DNA from: Octopus bimaculoides
Taxonomy: Eukaryota
NCBI RefSeq assembly: GCF_001194135.2
Contig: NC_068981.1
Coordinates: 160,480,654 to 160,544,653 of the forward strand
Reading direction: 5' to 3'
DNA: 64,000 nucleotides
Shown piece by piece: positions 24,225 through 37,967 of the stretch. Numbering within the stretch: position 1 is the first letter of the stretch; every line of letters starts with the position of its first letter. A program made the translations under genes and the position numbers. The notes under the pieces are model-generated. The model saw nothing but the letters and a program-made list of their open reading frames with translations, did not search any database and was not told the origin of the DNA.

Positions 24225-24490
24225 GACTCCCTCAAATGCTCAGGGAGGATCACTAGACGTAGTAGATAACTTCTGTTACCTAGGAGACCAAGTTAGCAGT
24301 AGTGGGGGAAGTTCTAAAAGTGTAGTTACTAGAATAAGAATGGCTGGCCAAAGTTCAGAGAGCTCCTGCCTTTGTTGGTAACTAAGGGCCTCTCTCTCTC
24401 TCTCTCCCCCTCCCTCTCTCTGTCTCTCTCTCTCCCTCCCTCTCTCTGTCTCTCTCTCTCTCTCTTTCCCTCTCTCTGTCTCTCTCTCTT

Positions 24491-24562
<72 letters not shown>

Positions 24563-25280
24563 CCTCCTTCTCTCCCTTTCAGAGTGAAAGGCAGATTATA
24601 TGATGCCTATGTATGGACAGCTATATTACATGGCAATGAAATATGGTCTTCGGCTACAGAAGACTTGTGAAGGCTTGAAAGAAATGCAGCTAGCATGCTC
24701 CACTGGATGGGTAATGTCAGTGTGCATGCAGTTGAGTGCAAATGACTTAAGAAGAAAACTGGGTGTAAGAGACATCAGATGTTGTGTGCAAGAGAGAAAA
24801 CTGCACTGGTTTGGTCATGTGATGTGCATGGATGAGGACAGCTGTGTAAAGAAGTGCTGAGCTCTAATTGTAGAGGGTACCTGTGAAAGGGATAGACCCA
24901 GGAAAACATGGGATGAAGTGATGAGAAAGGATCTTCGGATGCTGGGCCTCGCCGAGGAAACGACAAGGGATCGGGAGATGTGGTGATTTGCTGTATTTGA
25001 TGAGACATGTCAAGCTAAGTAAAATTGCTGTCTTCCACAGATACAAGCTTGTCCTTTCAGGTGCCGCTGCCACATAAAAAGCACCCTTGCCAGTGCTGTG
25101 TAAACGCATTTGTGCCAGTGGCACATAAAAAGCACCCATCACACTCTGTTAAGTGTTTGGTGTTAGGAAGGGCATCCAGCCATAGAAACTATGCCACAAC
25201 AGACAATTGGAGTCTGGCCAGCTCCATGTCAAGCTGTCCAACCCATGCCAGCATGGAAAGCAGACATTAAATGATGATAT
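24225..25280 (+). mobile_element. 5'-truncated RTE-clade LINE (RT C-terminus, 3'UTR and GAT-type tail), split by a (TC)n expansion
   Basis: Decayed frames give VVDNFCYLGDQVS, RVKGRLYDA, RRKLGVRDIRCCVQERKLHWFGHVM. Ends in ggaagggcatccagc...gcatggaaagcagacattaaatgatgat. Confidence 0.85.
24390..24580. repeat. Long (TC)n tract. Other long microsatellites include (TG)n 26520-26566, (ACAT)n ~34810-34865, (TA)n ~42268-42312, (TTA)n ~47236-47291, (GGT)n compound ~53500-53602, (TC)n ~53988-54138 and (ATC)n ~59838-59896
   Basis: Directly visible. Confidence 0.95.
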
Positions 25281-25288
25281 GTATACGT

Positions 25289-25323
<35 letters not shown>

Positions 25324-26269
25324 CATACATATATGTTTTATCTTTTATTTGCTTCAATCATTGGGCTGCAGCCATACTGGGACATCTTGAAAGGTTTAGT
25401 CAAACAAATTGCCAATTGTTGATTTTTTAAATGATGATGACAATCTCAGAAGAATGAGTGGTAAATTAAATTCCAGCAGCATTTGAACCTAACATGTACA
25501 AGCTGGCAACTAAATACTGTAAGGCTGTTAGTTTGGCATCTGATCATTTCTGCTGCATCACACCATAGTTATTTTTCATAATGATTACATTGTTCATGTC
25601 TATTGAGAAAACACTTTTATATCAACAAATTAATTTATCGTGTAACGATAGCCAAAGCAGCTGCTCTGTGGGATTTTAATTTAAATTCTAATTCATTTTG
25701 TGATAAGAGCAGATAACACTTGTCATGTAAAGAGAGAACATCATATTGTACAATTTTTGTTGTTGGTAATGATGATGTTGTTGCTGCTAAAATTCTATGC
25801 ATTTATATGATCTTATGGTAGGTTGCAAACTGCAAATCATATCTTTTTTTGGTTGCCATGCGATAAGTAAAAGTTGCTAATCATTTATTTGCTAGTGATA
25901 ACTTCACAGGAAAAGAGAGAGATTCAAACTAGAGATATTTGAAATCCAGCTGCAATACTTTATTGAATGAGAAATTGCATAATTTTGGTGGATATATCAA
26001 TTCAGTTTAGCAGCAGCTCACATCACCTTTTTTTTTTTTTTTTTGCTGGTATTTGTTGGTATTATTATGATTAATAACTTACCCACTTTTTCTATACCAT
26101 TTAATTTAAAAGTATATTGGAAAATGTGATAAAAAAAAAATAGGCTGTATCTTTTGTTGTTATTGTTATTACTATATTATGAACTTTTATTTGGAATAAT
26201 TCTACTTTATTAAAATTTTAATTATGAATATGTGTTATCTCTGTACATATTAAGAGAAGATCAAAGGTC

Positions 26270-26510
26270 CTTCCTGAGCCATAGATTCATAAGGTCATTT
26301 TCCCAAATTCTGTGGTATATATATATATTCCCTGGATGGATGGGTTACTAGTCTGTCACAGGATTACTCATTTTCACCAGCTGAATGGACTGGATCAATG
26401 TGAAATGAAGTATTTTGCTCAAGAAAACAATGTGTTGCCTGTCTAGGAATTGAAACCATGGTCTTACAACCACAAGTGAAACACCCCAACCACTAAGCCA
26501 AATGCCTCCT
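26270..26510 (-). mobile_element. tRNA-derived CORE-like SINE of another family
   Basis: Reverse complement shows the A box tggcttagtggt, B box ggtttcaattcc and CORE-like ttcttgagcaaaatactt. The same head occurs at 47292-47585(+). Confidence 0.7.
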
Positions 26511-26515
26511 TAATC

Positions 26516-26567
<52 letters not shown>

Positions 26568-27976
26568 TCAACTACTCCTAGGAGATGCCAAAACACTTGA
26601 TTAGTTATTTACAAAGTAATTTCATATGTCAAATTACTTATGCTATATAATTTGAAGCAATTCTTCTTCAATAGTCTTTACTTCCCTTATCTTGCTGAAT
26701 TTACACCCATCTTCACTTAAATCCTTTCAATACATCTACCCCTTCTTTTCCTTCTCTTCTTACTGTTAGTATATCTAACTCTTCTCAAATCCTGTATTTT
26801 GAACTCTTTTCCTAATTCTTCTCTATGACTGCATTCCTTCTGAATCTTATGCAGATTCCATTATGGACTGCTAAGATTCAATGGACCATCACTTATCTCC
26901 AGTTGTTTCTGTGACTTTAAATAGCTAAGAGACAAAAGTTTTCTTGGATAAGTTACCAGTCTATCACTTGTAACATTTCCTACTGGGGCAAATTGAATGC
27001 AGCACTGCAAGGCAATGAATTACCAATTTCTAACCAAGCAGTTGGTGCTTACAGTTATGGAAGTCTGCAGCAGCTGTTTGACTTTAAGATTGAATTTGTC
27101 TGTTGAGAGTTAAGATCCTCGACTACAAAAATAACACTCTGTTAATGATAGGATACAAATTGCTGACCTCTTGACCAGTTGTCTAGCACTCCACCAATTT
27201 AGACATTTGCGCGCGCGCGCACACACACACACACACACATTTAGTTTATTGTTCTATTATTCATAGAATCAGCAAAAAATGTACTCCATTCAGTGAGAGA
27301 TAAATATCATTTAGTATACACAGTATATATCATTTAGTATATCAGCTACTATTAGTTTCATGTTGTGGAGACCTAATAAACTGGCTTTGTGCTTCCAAAC
27401 AATCTTTTACACACACACACACACACATATAATCATTTTAGTGTCTGTTTTGCCCAATTTTTGCGTGGATCAGAAGAGACTCACTGATACAGATTTTCAA
27501 CAAGCTGATGCCTTTCTTATCTCCAACCTTCATCTGTTTCTCAGTAAAGTAATATTTCCTGTTGTCTTTCAAACTTGAACAGCACAATGTACCTCAATAA
27601 TACATGTGTAGCATATTAAAAGAGAAGATTGTATTCATGTTGTGTAAATGATACAAATTTGTATTCCACATATTTTATTTTGTTGCTTATTTAAATGAAC
27701 GCCTGTGTATTCATTGACTATAGAATCAGCTGTGACATTACATCAAGCAGTTTACTAGTATAGCAACAGTGCCAGTCATTGCCTATATTGTTGTTTTTAA
27801 AAAAAGGGCCACTAAAAAAAATGTTTTTGAATTAAAATTGTCCCTAGTGTTTTGATACACAGACTTGAAATATTCATGTTCATGACTGGATATTCAATAG
27901 TACCACTGCTAATGTTATACAAGAAATGGATTGGCCCTGACGATATAGTGTTCTACATGCACACTATTCTTTTCTA

Positions 27977-28399
27977 CTCTAGGCACAAGGCCCGAAATTT
28001 TTTGGGGGGGGGGGCAGTCAATTAGATGAACCCCAGTATGCAACTGGTACTTAATTTATCAACTCCTAAAGGATGAAAGGTGAAGTCAACCTTGGCAAAA
28101 TTTGAGCTCAGAACGTAAAGACAGATGAAATACTGCTAAGCATTTCTCTTGGTGTATTAACGTTTCTTATTTCTTTACTGCCTACAAGGGGCTACACACA
28201 GAGGGGACAAACAAGGACAGACAAACAGATTAAGTTGATTATATCGACCCCAGTGCATAACTGGTACTTATTTAATCAACCCTGAAAGGATGAAAGGCAA
28301 AGTCGACCTCGGCGGAATTTGAACTCAGAACGTAGCAGCAGATGAAATACCGCTAAGCATTTCGCCCGGCGTGCTAACGTTTCTGCCAGCTCGCTGCCT
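27977..28399 (-). mobile_element. Two adjacent family B tRNA-derived SINEs (the right copy is CpG-rich, with a different tail). Other copies lie approximately at 5945-6160(-), 12425-12600(-), 23575-23760(+), 39660-39800(+), 47595-47760(+) and 52905-53105(-)
   Basis: Reverse complement shows the B box gagttcaaattcc and the central block gtcgactttgcctttcatcctttcagggttgattaaataagtaccag, recurring across the window. Confidence 0.8.
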
Positions 28400-30396
28400 T
28401 TCTACATGCACAATATTATGAAAGAAAAAATTGTTCTTGCACTTCACAGCCCAGCATTTCTACTGAGATCCATGCTTCAATGAGTCTGGCTTCTCTACAG
28501 ACAGTTATAGATCAGCAGTGTAAATGATTTACCATTTTGTCTCTTACCACCAGCTATGCAGCTCATTTATTTGCCCCAGTATGGCGACTCACTTATTGGC
28601 CTCAATATTACAATTCACTTAGCTTCACCATGACAGCTTTTTCCAGTGATATAGCTCAATTATCAGTCACATGTATAAAAGCAATTCAGCTTGCTTTATT
28701 CCAATCATTACAACGATCCCACTTATCCAACAGCTTTGCAGCCCACTTATTGACCATGATCCTGTAGCTCAATTCATATTACACACCCCATATATTCCCC
28801 CCCCCCTTTGTTTTTGCAAGTACATTACTGTTACAAAGCATTTGTAGTTTACATGGCCATCACAGCTCATGATTACACATCCATTTTCATCTATCACAAC
28901 AACCAAATCTTTACTTCAAACAGAATTTCTTCATTCAGCTAGTCTTAATATGAGACACCTGCTTAACTGAATAAATACCAGAAGCAGTAAATTATTTCTG
29001 CCATTTCCTGTAAAAGTATATCTGTTTTCTGGCCTTTTTTATGTGGCTCTAAAATGAGGATCTGTGATTCCCATAAATCCTGTATAAGATATTTTCTACA
29101 TACAAATTATTTAATGAACATTGACAGATGAACATATGTGTATAAGTATTTCTATGAGTATTTTTATGTATCTTTTTGATGATTATGTCCAGTTAAAATC
29201 TGTATTCACTATCCTACTGAGCTAGTACTTACTACAGGTTAGTTACTATGTAATTATAGCATATGTACTGTTGTTTTTTATATCACTGTCTGTGATGAGT
29301 ATCCCATGACTATAGAGCAGACAGACCCATAGAGTACTAGTGGAAAAAAAATGTAGAAATAGACTCTTGTATGTATATGTATGTGTACATACATATGTAT
29401 ATAAAAAAATTTTATAGTCTTTTCTGAGTAACAACACAACATTCTTCTACATACAGATTAAATGCTATGAACTGTTAAACTGTTTTCGCTCTAATTCATT
29501 TCCAATATTCATCTTATTAAAATCAACATACATCTGTCCTACTGTAAGAGGTTATGGAATAATTGCTATTCTTAATATTTCGTTAATATCCATAATAATT
29601 TTAGAATAAATTATAAAGATTTTAATGCACAGTTCTCAGTAAATGCTTATAAGTAGTAACTTCAGTATGCATTGTTTAGTTAAGCTCTGGAACTGTGAAC
29701 CAACAAACCACTTGGTTAATCCAAGAAAATCATTATACGACAACTAAGCAGTGCAATGAATGATGTCCAGCTGTTGCAATTTCTCCATCTGTGTTTATTG
29801 TGGAATCTGATTAACTACGATAGAGGTAGAAGATTTTGAAAGAAAACAATGGGAAAGGTGATGTTGATGTGAAATCTGATTAAAGAAAACACTAGGCTGA
29901 CTGTCTTATTTCTAAAATGCTTTCTTTGATCACAAAAGCTGCTGCATTAGCAAGGGTTTGTCTTAATAAAACCTATTCTTGGCTAAGAAATATTTAAAGC
30001 AAATTTTAAGTTATTGTTACTGAGAAGATAATGTTGTTGTTTCTGATTAGCTGCTATGTCGCTGATATGATCAAATGGATTTAATAGTAATAAGTTACAT
30101 TAGTATTGTTTGAAGCACAGAATTAAGAAGTGTTTGGTATGGTGGGGGGGGTTGTAAATCATATAGAGATTAATTGCTATTGTTAAATTAGATTATTATT
30201 TCCTTTCAATTTTAAGTGTTGGAATGATGCAGTACTGTCATGATAGCTTATTTTCAATCTTTAATCTTCACTACTCTATCTTATTTTTTTCTTTTTAACT
30301 ACATAAATGCGACTCCTTTTGTAAATACCTCTATAATACATTCTATTTTTTGTCTTTGTTAAATGCTTATAATATATAATGTGAAAGAATCATCAT

Positions 30397-30428
<32 letters not shown>

Positions 30429-33400
30429 TGCACACAAATATACAAACACATTCACATAAGCATACAGCAAGTGTGTTCTACTTATAGACTGGAGATTGCA
30501 TTTAGTTGAAGAAAACTAGAAGAAGCTCATCGTGTGTGTGTGTGTGCACGCATGCGTGTGTGTATGAGTTTGTGTCTCCTTGTCTTGACAGCGCATGATA
30601 GTTGTAAATGAGTGTCACTGTCATACAAGCAATATCATTCATTTCCAATATTGTGCAAAAACATGTCTGGCCATTAGGAAATATCACCTTGCTTGGAAAC
30701 AGTTGAGGGTTGGTGACAAGAAGGGCATCTAGCTGTAGAAAAATCTGCCCAATTGATGGGTTCTAGTGGAAATAGGTTACAGAAAACAAACTTTGGAGAT
30801 TGCTTAATGTTAAAAGTATAAACAGGAAAAGTTGAGAGTATGGCATTAATGTAGTTTGAACATGATATAAATAAGGGATATATAAAAAATGTCAGTGGAA
30901 ATGGTGAGGTCTAATAATGTATAGTGCTGGAAACCCTTGAGTTATGAGTTGTTTCTGAGAATTAATAAAGGGTGCAAAAGAACCTTTCTTTGTAAGAATT
31001 GCCACAACAGAATTTAGCTTAGAACTCAGAAGTTATTCATTAATTTTGTTCTTTTTTTTTTTAACTGTTTTGTTTCTCTAATAAATTTAATTATTGCTTA
31101 CTAATAAATTAGTTCAGGATCCAATATCACCCCATGCAATTTGAAACTTAAATGCCATTCTATGAATTTTGCTGAGCTATACTAAAAAAGAAATTCCCTA
31201 AATATAAGCACGTGCACTATTATATACATGATCATAGACACATGCACACTACACATACTCTCTCTCTCTCTCTCTTTCACACACACACACACACACATCA
31301 TTAGCAGCAGCAGCAACTATATTCCAAATAATTAAGAATGATTTCTTGAAGTTAAATTCAGCCATATCCTACCAAACATTACCCAAATATTAATATTCTA
31401 ATCCATCCATTAAAATCAAAAAATCTGTGTTCCACTACTTATAAGCATTCCAGCAAACTTATTGTGCTGGTAAATTTTTAAAAGAAATGTTACATCTCCT
31501 TGTACATTCATAATATACATACATGACCACCAACATTCTAAAAGAAAAGTTTCATTTATCTTCCTTGATAACTTGTGATTTTACAAATTAGGTTACATTC
31601 TGAAACTGAATATTTATGCAGAAGAAAGTTTAATGTAAACGTGAGAAAGTTATTATTTCATATAAAGTGAATTTATTAGCAGTGAAGTATGACTAATTGC
31701 TTTTATGAATCAAGCTGAAGGCCAAGTAAACTAAATATTTCTAACAATCCTTGAATCTATCTCTGGCCAGTATCAATGCCAAGTCAAGCTCAAAAGGCTT
31801 TTGATAGATAGATCAGTGAGAATAATATGTGGCTACAACTTCCTTCATCTAATTAAGAGGTAGAGAATGAATAATCTCAAGTGAAACCCTGGCATTAAAT
31901 GTGCTTCTGTATGTTTATTCTGATATTTTTATTGATTTCTTACTTAGTGGAATGGAAATGAGCATATGGTGTCTTGATTGCTTTCTAAAGGGAAATGGCT
32001 ACTAATAGCAGTCAAAACTAGATTATAGACACAGTTTGCTATTGTTCTCTAGAAACCTACCTTCATTCTGTAGTTGTTGCTTGAAGGAGCTTCAAGTAAT
32101 TATCATTACATTATTGATGATATTTAAGAATATACATAACTCAGCAATGTGGAGCATTCTATCAATGCAAATTAATTTGCATAATTCAAACTAATGGTGA
32201 TTATGCATTGTATATATAACATTTTAGATTTGTAATATAAAGTGCTATCATTTGATTAAAAGAAATAGGACGGAAGTATTACAAAAATTATCTGATAATT
32301 ATGAAATGGGAAAAAATAATTTTAGATTTTAATGGGGGTTTTTTCCTCAAATACACCAATATACTTAATGTAATAGAATAACTTCCTTATCAAATTAATT
32401 TTATTTACTCAAGTATTTTTGTAGTCTATGCTGATGGAATAGTTCACTAAAATAACTATATTTTTTTCTTTTAGACTTAATTTTCTTTTCTTATGCTATA
32501 GCATAGACTCCAGATTCAGATTATATTGTTAGTGTAAAATTACACAAACCTTTAGAAGTGACTGTAACTTACATATATTAGAAATTGATTAGGGAAGAAA
32601 CAAAGGTAATGAAATTAATAAATATTATTGTTATTAATTAGTCTGTTTGTATACTCTTTCAACTACTTCACCTGAATTGATACCACCTGGTTATGGTTTT
32701 TATCCAAAAGATCCATTCCACAATACATGCTGTACCTAGTCATTCGGCTGGCTACCCTCTTGTGCTGTTTGGTCAGAGCTGACTGGGGCTATACAACATC
32801 AATAACAACCTACTACACATGATTTTTTTTTTTGTTTTTGTGTATTTCAATTCATATTCAATACAAGCTATACAGCTGATAGATCCCTCTCTAATTAGAT
32901 TACTCATCAACCAATGAGCCAGATTGTATTAGGAAGTACCTCTGTCCCATTTAAAGAAAAACATATGCTGTATTATCAGTTAACAAAGTCATGAAGGTGT
33001 CAGATATTTATTTTACATGGTATACTACTTGCAAACTAGTTACTTTCTATAATAATAACATAGAGTTACAGTTTTGGAGTATTTTTTAGGGTGTTTTTTT
33101 TCTCTCAACCTTTAATAGAATTGTTTGTTTGTTATACATTATCAAATTAAAACTAGTCTCACCATGTTTGGTCATAAAACTGGTTGCAAGTTACCATATG
33201 GATGCCTGTTGTCAATGCTTAAATAGTTACTTTCCAGTTTGTTGCTGCTCTGGTTGTTGTTTAGCACCAGGATTCCAGCTATAACCAGTCTTTCTTTTTT
33301 CATATAAAGGACTACGTTGTCCAGTGTATAGCTTCCTGTGTAAGACTGTAGGATGGAGATTTGGTTGTTATTTCTAGCAACATCGAAGTTCCCTCATTGG

Positions 33401-33745
33401 AGTACTTTCCTATATATTTTCTCTATCACTAGCTTCTCATTTGCTTTGTTCATGCTTCAGGGTACCTCTGCATTAAAAAAAAAAATCTCTGACACTTTGA
33501 CACTTGAAGTATTAGAAATAGCTGCCAGATCTCCCTCAGTTACACTCCACCATTTTATAGAAAGCAGGGCACATTGGACAGTGTAGTTCCTGATATCAAA
33601 AAATAAGATGATGGATTCATGGCTGAAATGCATTTGATCAGAAGATTACTTAATGAGAGCTAACCTGAGGACTAAACAACCTTTAACACCAACATTTGTA
33701 TTCTTAACTAACCATAGTGAATTTTGTCTCCTTTACTCTATTCTA

Positions 33746-33817
33746 TGGTGCCTGTCACCTTCCTGTATGTGGTGCCTGTCACCTTCCTGTATGTGGTGCT
33801 TGTCACCTTTGTGTATA
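33746..33817 (+). repeat. 24-bp minisatellite x3
   Basis: Unit tggtgcctgtcaccttcctgtatg; two exact copies and one diverged. Confidence 0.9.
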
Positions 33818-34399
33818 ATAACATTTGCCAATCCATTTTACTGAACTTACATACTGTTTTAGATCATGCACAATGAACTTGTAATCTGAATAAGACTGTA
33901 AACTGCAACCCTGAGGCTTCAGCTTTTTCTGCAATAGCTCTTTGCAGTTACAAGATTAGAGTTACATGACTAAAGCTAAATGATGATAACTGCAACTTGC
34001 TGTGAGATTAGAAAGTCCTTACACTAAACACACTACATGACTCTATGCTAACAATACACATCATCACAGAATTGATAAAAATGATATTGCAGAAATAAAC
34101 AGGGATGGTAATTTCTATATAAGGCTAGAGAATATTTTTTGAGTTTCATTCAGCATGGTTTCAGCTGAAGAGAAGATAATCAATAAGAATAATTGATTTA
34201 TTTTCAAATACTATATACCTGTTTACCTCAGCTACGCGTGTATGTATACTGTCCCATATTAACAGCAGTTCAAAATGACAAATCAAATATAGGAAAACCA
34301 GAAAGATTCATAAGAATATGTAATTGTGTGTGTGTGTGTGTGTGTGTATATATACATGTATGTATATGTGTATATACATGCATATATACACACACAAGC

Positions 34400-34442
<43 letters not shown>

Positions 34443-34574
34443 TGTATGTATTTATATATGTATACAACTCATCAGAAAAAGTAGTCAAAAGCGCATGAAC
34501 AGTAGATAGAATATGCACAAGGATTGAACACTGAATGAGTCGTTTTAAAAAAGGGAGTGGAGGGTATCAGATGT

Positions 34575-34750
34575 ACTGTCATTGAATTTCTGAAAGTATG
34601 AAAGTTATGAAGGATGTAGTGTCCCAATAGCTAACAACTGATGGGGGTAGTTTATTCCACGCTTCAACAATTCTGAGCATGAAAAAATGTTTTTGAAAGT
34701 AATGGGTGTTGTGTTGTTTTTTTGATTTCGTAAGCATGTCCAGACATACA
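34575..34750 (-). mobile_element. CR1-type LINE ORF2 3' end fragment
   Basis: Minus frame HYFQKHFFMLRIVEAWNKLPPSVV matches the CR1 C-terminal motif FFSxRVVxxWNxLPxxVV. Confidence 0.7.
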
Positions 34751-34865
34751 GAATTTGTGTGCATGTGTGTGTATATATATGTATGTGTGTGTGTGTGTAT
34801 TTATAACAATATACATACATACATACATACATACATACATACATACATACATACATACATACATA

Positions 34866-35080
34866 CAAGGTGGTGCTGGAAAGTTCTTGGCATTAAGGGT
34901 TTTACAAAAGGCTTGGTTGAAGGCTCAACCTTCTGAGTTCTTTTACAGGGCTTAGAAAAACTGAATGACCACTGCTATAGGTGTGAATCTGAGACAGGAA
35001 TATGTTCAATAAAATCATAATTAACTGGTCCTCCTGTATTTTCTTTTACCCAAAGCCAGGAACTTTTCAGCACTTCCTCA
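34866..35080 (+). mobile_element. Tc1/mariner MITE, copy 1
   Basis: TA-flanked; TIRs caaggtggtgctggaaagttc and gaacttttcagcacttcctca; homologous to 54459-54676. Confidence 0.8.
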
Positions 35081-35097
35081 TACATATTTATATATAT

Positions 35098-35359
35098 ATT
35101 TGTAACAATGAAGTCAAGCCAAGTGATGATATTTTGAAAGCATTTAATGTTTCAGACTTTGCATAATATATAATAGGAAATACATCATTCTACATAAGAC
35201 CTTCAGTTAATGCATTTTAAAATATTTTAAAATGTATTAACTTAAGAAGGTTTTGTGTAAGGAGGTGTATTTCCTATCATATATTATAGACAAATCTGAA
35301 ACAGACATATTAAATGCTTTCAAATTATCGTTACTTGCTTTGACTTCATTTTTACAAAT
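35098..35359. repeat. ~260-bp imperfect palindrome centred at 35223/35224
   Basis: Centre attttaaaat|attttaaaat; arms align throughout (tttgtaacaatgaagtcaa versus ttgacttcatttttacaaa) with two small indels. Confidence 0.9.
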
Positions 35360-35497
35360 TATATGCCTTGATGCAAGCTCAAACTAGCTTCTTCTGACTT
35401 CATTTATGCAAACACTCTAATAAGGATTTTGGTAGTTTGTTGTACCTTGCTTGAGACAACAATTCTGATATTGTGCATTGCAAACACAAAATTACTC

Positions 35498-35533
<36 letters not shown>

Positions 35534-37936
35534 GACATACATATAATAATCAACTGTTGTTGATTTATTCATGTTTCCATGACTTAACAGTTCAACAAAA
35601 GAAGTCAATAGAATAAAAAATTAGTACTGGGGTCAATTGTCCTACTAAAACTCTTCAAGGTGGTGCCCCAGCACGACTACAGTCCAATGACTGAAACAAG
35701 TAAAAGATAAAAGATATGTGAAATAATCTTTCTCGTTATTCATTTCTTAATTGACTACTAATTAAATGATATTTAGAAAACAATGCCTGATAAACCTTGA
35801 CACACAGCATGGTTAAAAAAAACACTTCTAATTATTTCTTGTGTTATTTGCTAATATCTGCCTGTGCATGTGAGGATCATTATATCTGATAATTATATTT
35901 TCACTCACCAACACCCTGTCCATGTTGAATTAAAATAATTCGGTTCTGCTTCTCAGTTTTCAAAAATTAAAATTACTGATATCTCTTATGATTTACTTTC
36001 TACAATCTTATATTCGGTTTTTCTCCTTTTATCTGTATTTAAATATTTTGTTTCACTGAAGTTATTCTTTGAAATCAATAGGCTGCTGTTGACTCTTATG
36101 AGATTTAGATTAAGGTTGATATTCACTCTTACTCTCTCACCTTCTAACTTTTTATTTCTTTTCTAACACTTATCTTTTTTCTTTGTGCCTTGAATCATGT
36201 GACTTACAACAGGTGTAAGTTAATTCAAACCTATCGCTTGTCTTTTTTGGTTATACTGGGTAACCTAGTCTTTTCACTAAAGAAAAACAATCATGCAAGA
36301 CATTCTGTTTGTTTATCACTTGACTGATCAACCCAAGCTGCGCTGCTTAATCTACTGAGTTATTTGATCTGTTTAGTGGAACATTAAGTGTAGGAGGAAA
36401 AAGAGAGAAAAACATCGCAAATTAGGTGAAATGTACTCATACAATAGCTACATATTTATACTTCATTACTTTAAAAAATAAACAAATGAAAGAAAAAGAA
36501 TACAGATTTTAAAAAACAAGAACAATCACATAATACATGCACATCCTGAAAAGAAATTCAGATATCAATATGTAAAAACTGACCATTTCCAGAGTTTAAA
36601 TGGATAAAGATCATAAGTGTACAGTTAAAAAAAAATTTGTTGCTCTAAAATTATAGAAAGCAATAAAGGAACTAATTTAACTGCCTTGTTTTATAAGACC
36701 CTATTTAAATGAAGTAATTATCTATTGCAACACATTATTTCTGATCAATTCATTTGCTATATATACCTGAGGACATAGCTTAAATTTTGCATTATTTCAA
36801 AGGATTTTTGCATGTTGCATTAATGCAGATGTGTAAGTAATTTATTTATTAAATATAATAATATAAATTATTTACAAACTTTTAAATTACAAAACAATTT
36901 GTCGTGATATTAGAATTTTCTTATTGTTAAGTAAAATTTCATCAAACTATTTCTCAATCATTTATGACTTTGCACGTGTGTGTGTGTGTGTGTGTGTGTT
37001 GGACCACTGAACTCAATATGTTTTTTTTCATTCTCTCTCTATTTATTTCCTCTTATTCCTTTCTGTCAAAGAGCCTAGGCTCGAAACATAAAAGACATTT
37101 CCATTTTTCCCAAGCGTCTAACTAATACACCTGCTTGTTGTTTCTATACCTGTCTTCATCTTTGTTTTTCTATAAATTTGAACAATATATATATATATTA
37201 GTGAGGAAATACATATTTTCCTATACCAGCATGGCTTAGAGGTGGGTAGGATTTTAACAGCTAGATGTTCGTACTGTGACTGACCCTTACCTGCTTTTCC
37301 TGTAAGAGATTTTTTATTCCAGAAGAATTTGAAAGTGCAGAGCAAAGAGATGATTTGTTGACAGGAAATATTAACAAATATCACCCTTTGTAGCCATAGC
37401 TCAGTACACACATGCATACACATGCTTCTAATTTTTGTCTACCATTATTCCCTCACAAAGCATTGGGCAGCCCAGGGCCATAATAGAGAATGCTTGTCCA
37501 AGGTGCCACACAGTTTAACTGAACTCAAAGCCACTTGGTTGGAGAAGTAAACGTCTTAATCAAACAGCTATGCTTACACCTATATATACCTTTGCTCTGT
37601 GTGGGGGGGGGGGAGAGTGCAAAGACCTAAATGGTCCTTTTAACAAAAGAAAGTTAAGCAGCATCTAATACTTAATCTTAAGTTAGAGTAACTAATTGTA
37701 GCTAAACACCACTAAAATAATGGTCCTTTTATTGGTATTTTCCCAATAACTAAATGCTGGCAACACACCAACAATATAACTGCTTTTCATATTACATTGG
37801 TTTTCTTTTTCAACCTGAAATATTAAAAATGTCTATTAATTTGTTGGTATTGGAATGTATATAAAAAATATGTGCTGTATTTATATATATTTTATATGCG
37901 CATGCACACATACACACACACACGTGTGTGTATGTG

Positions 37937-37967
<31 letters not shown>

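Noticed and set aside
33746-33817. 24-bp direct repeats as a possible CRISPR array
   Set aside because: Head-to-tail with no spacers, no cas genes, eukaryotic context.
34193-34955. Many short YIYI/CVCV/HTHT ORFs here and elsewhere
   Set aside because: Translations of (TA)n, (TG)n and (ACAT)n microsatellites.
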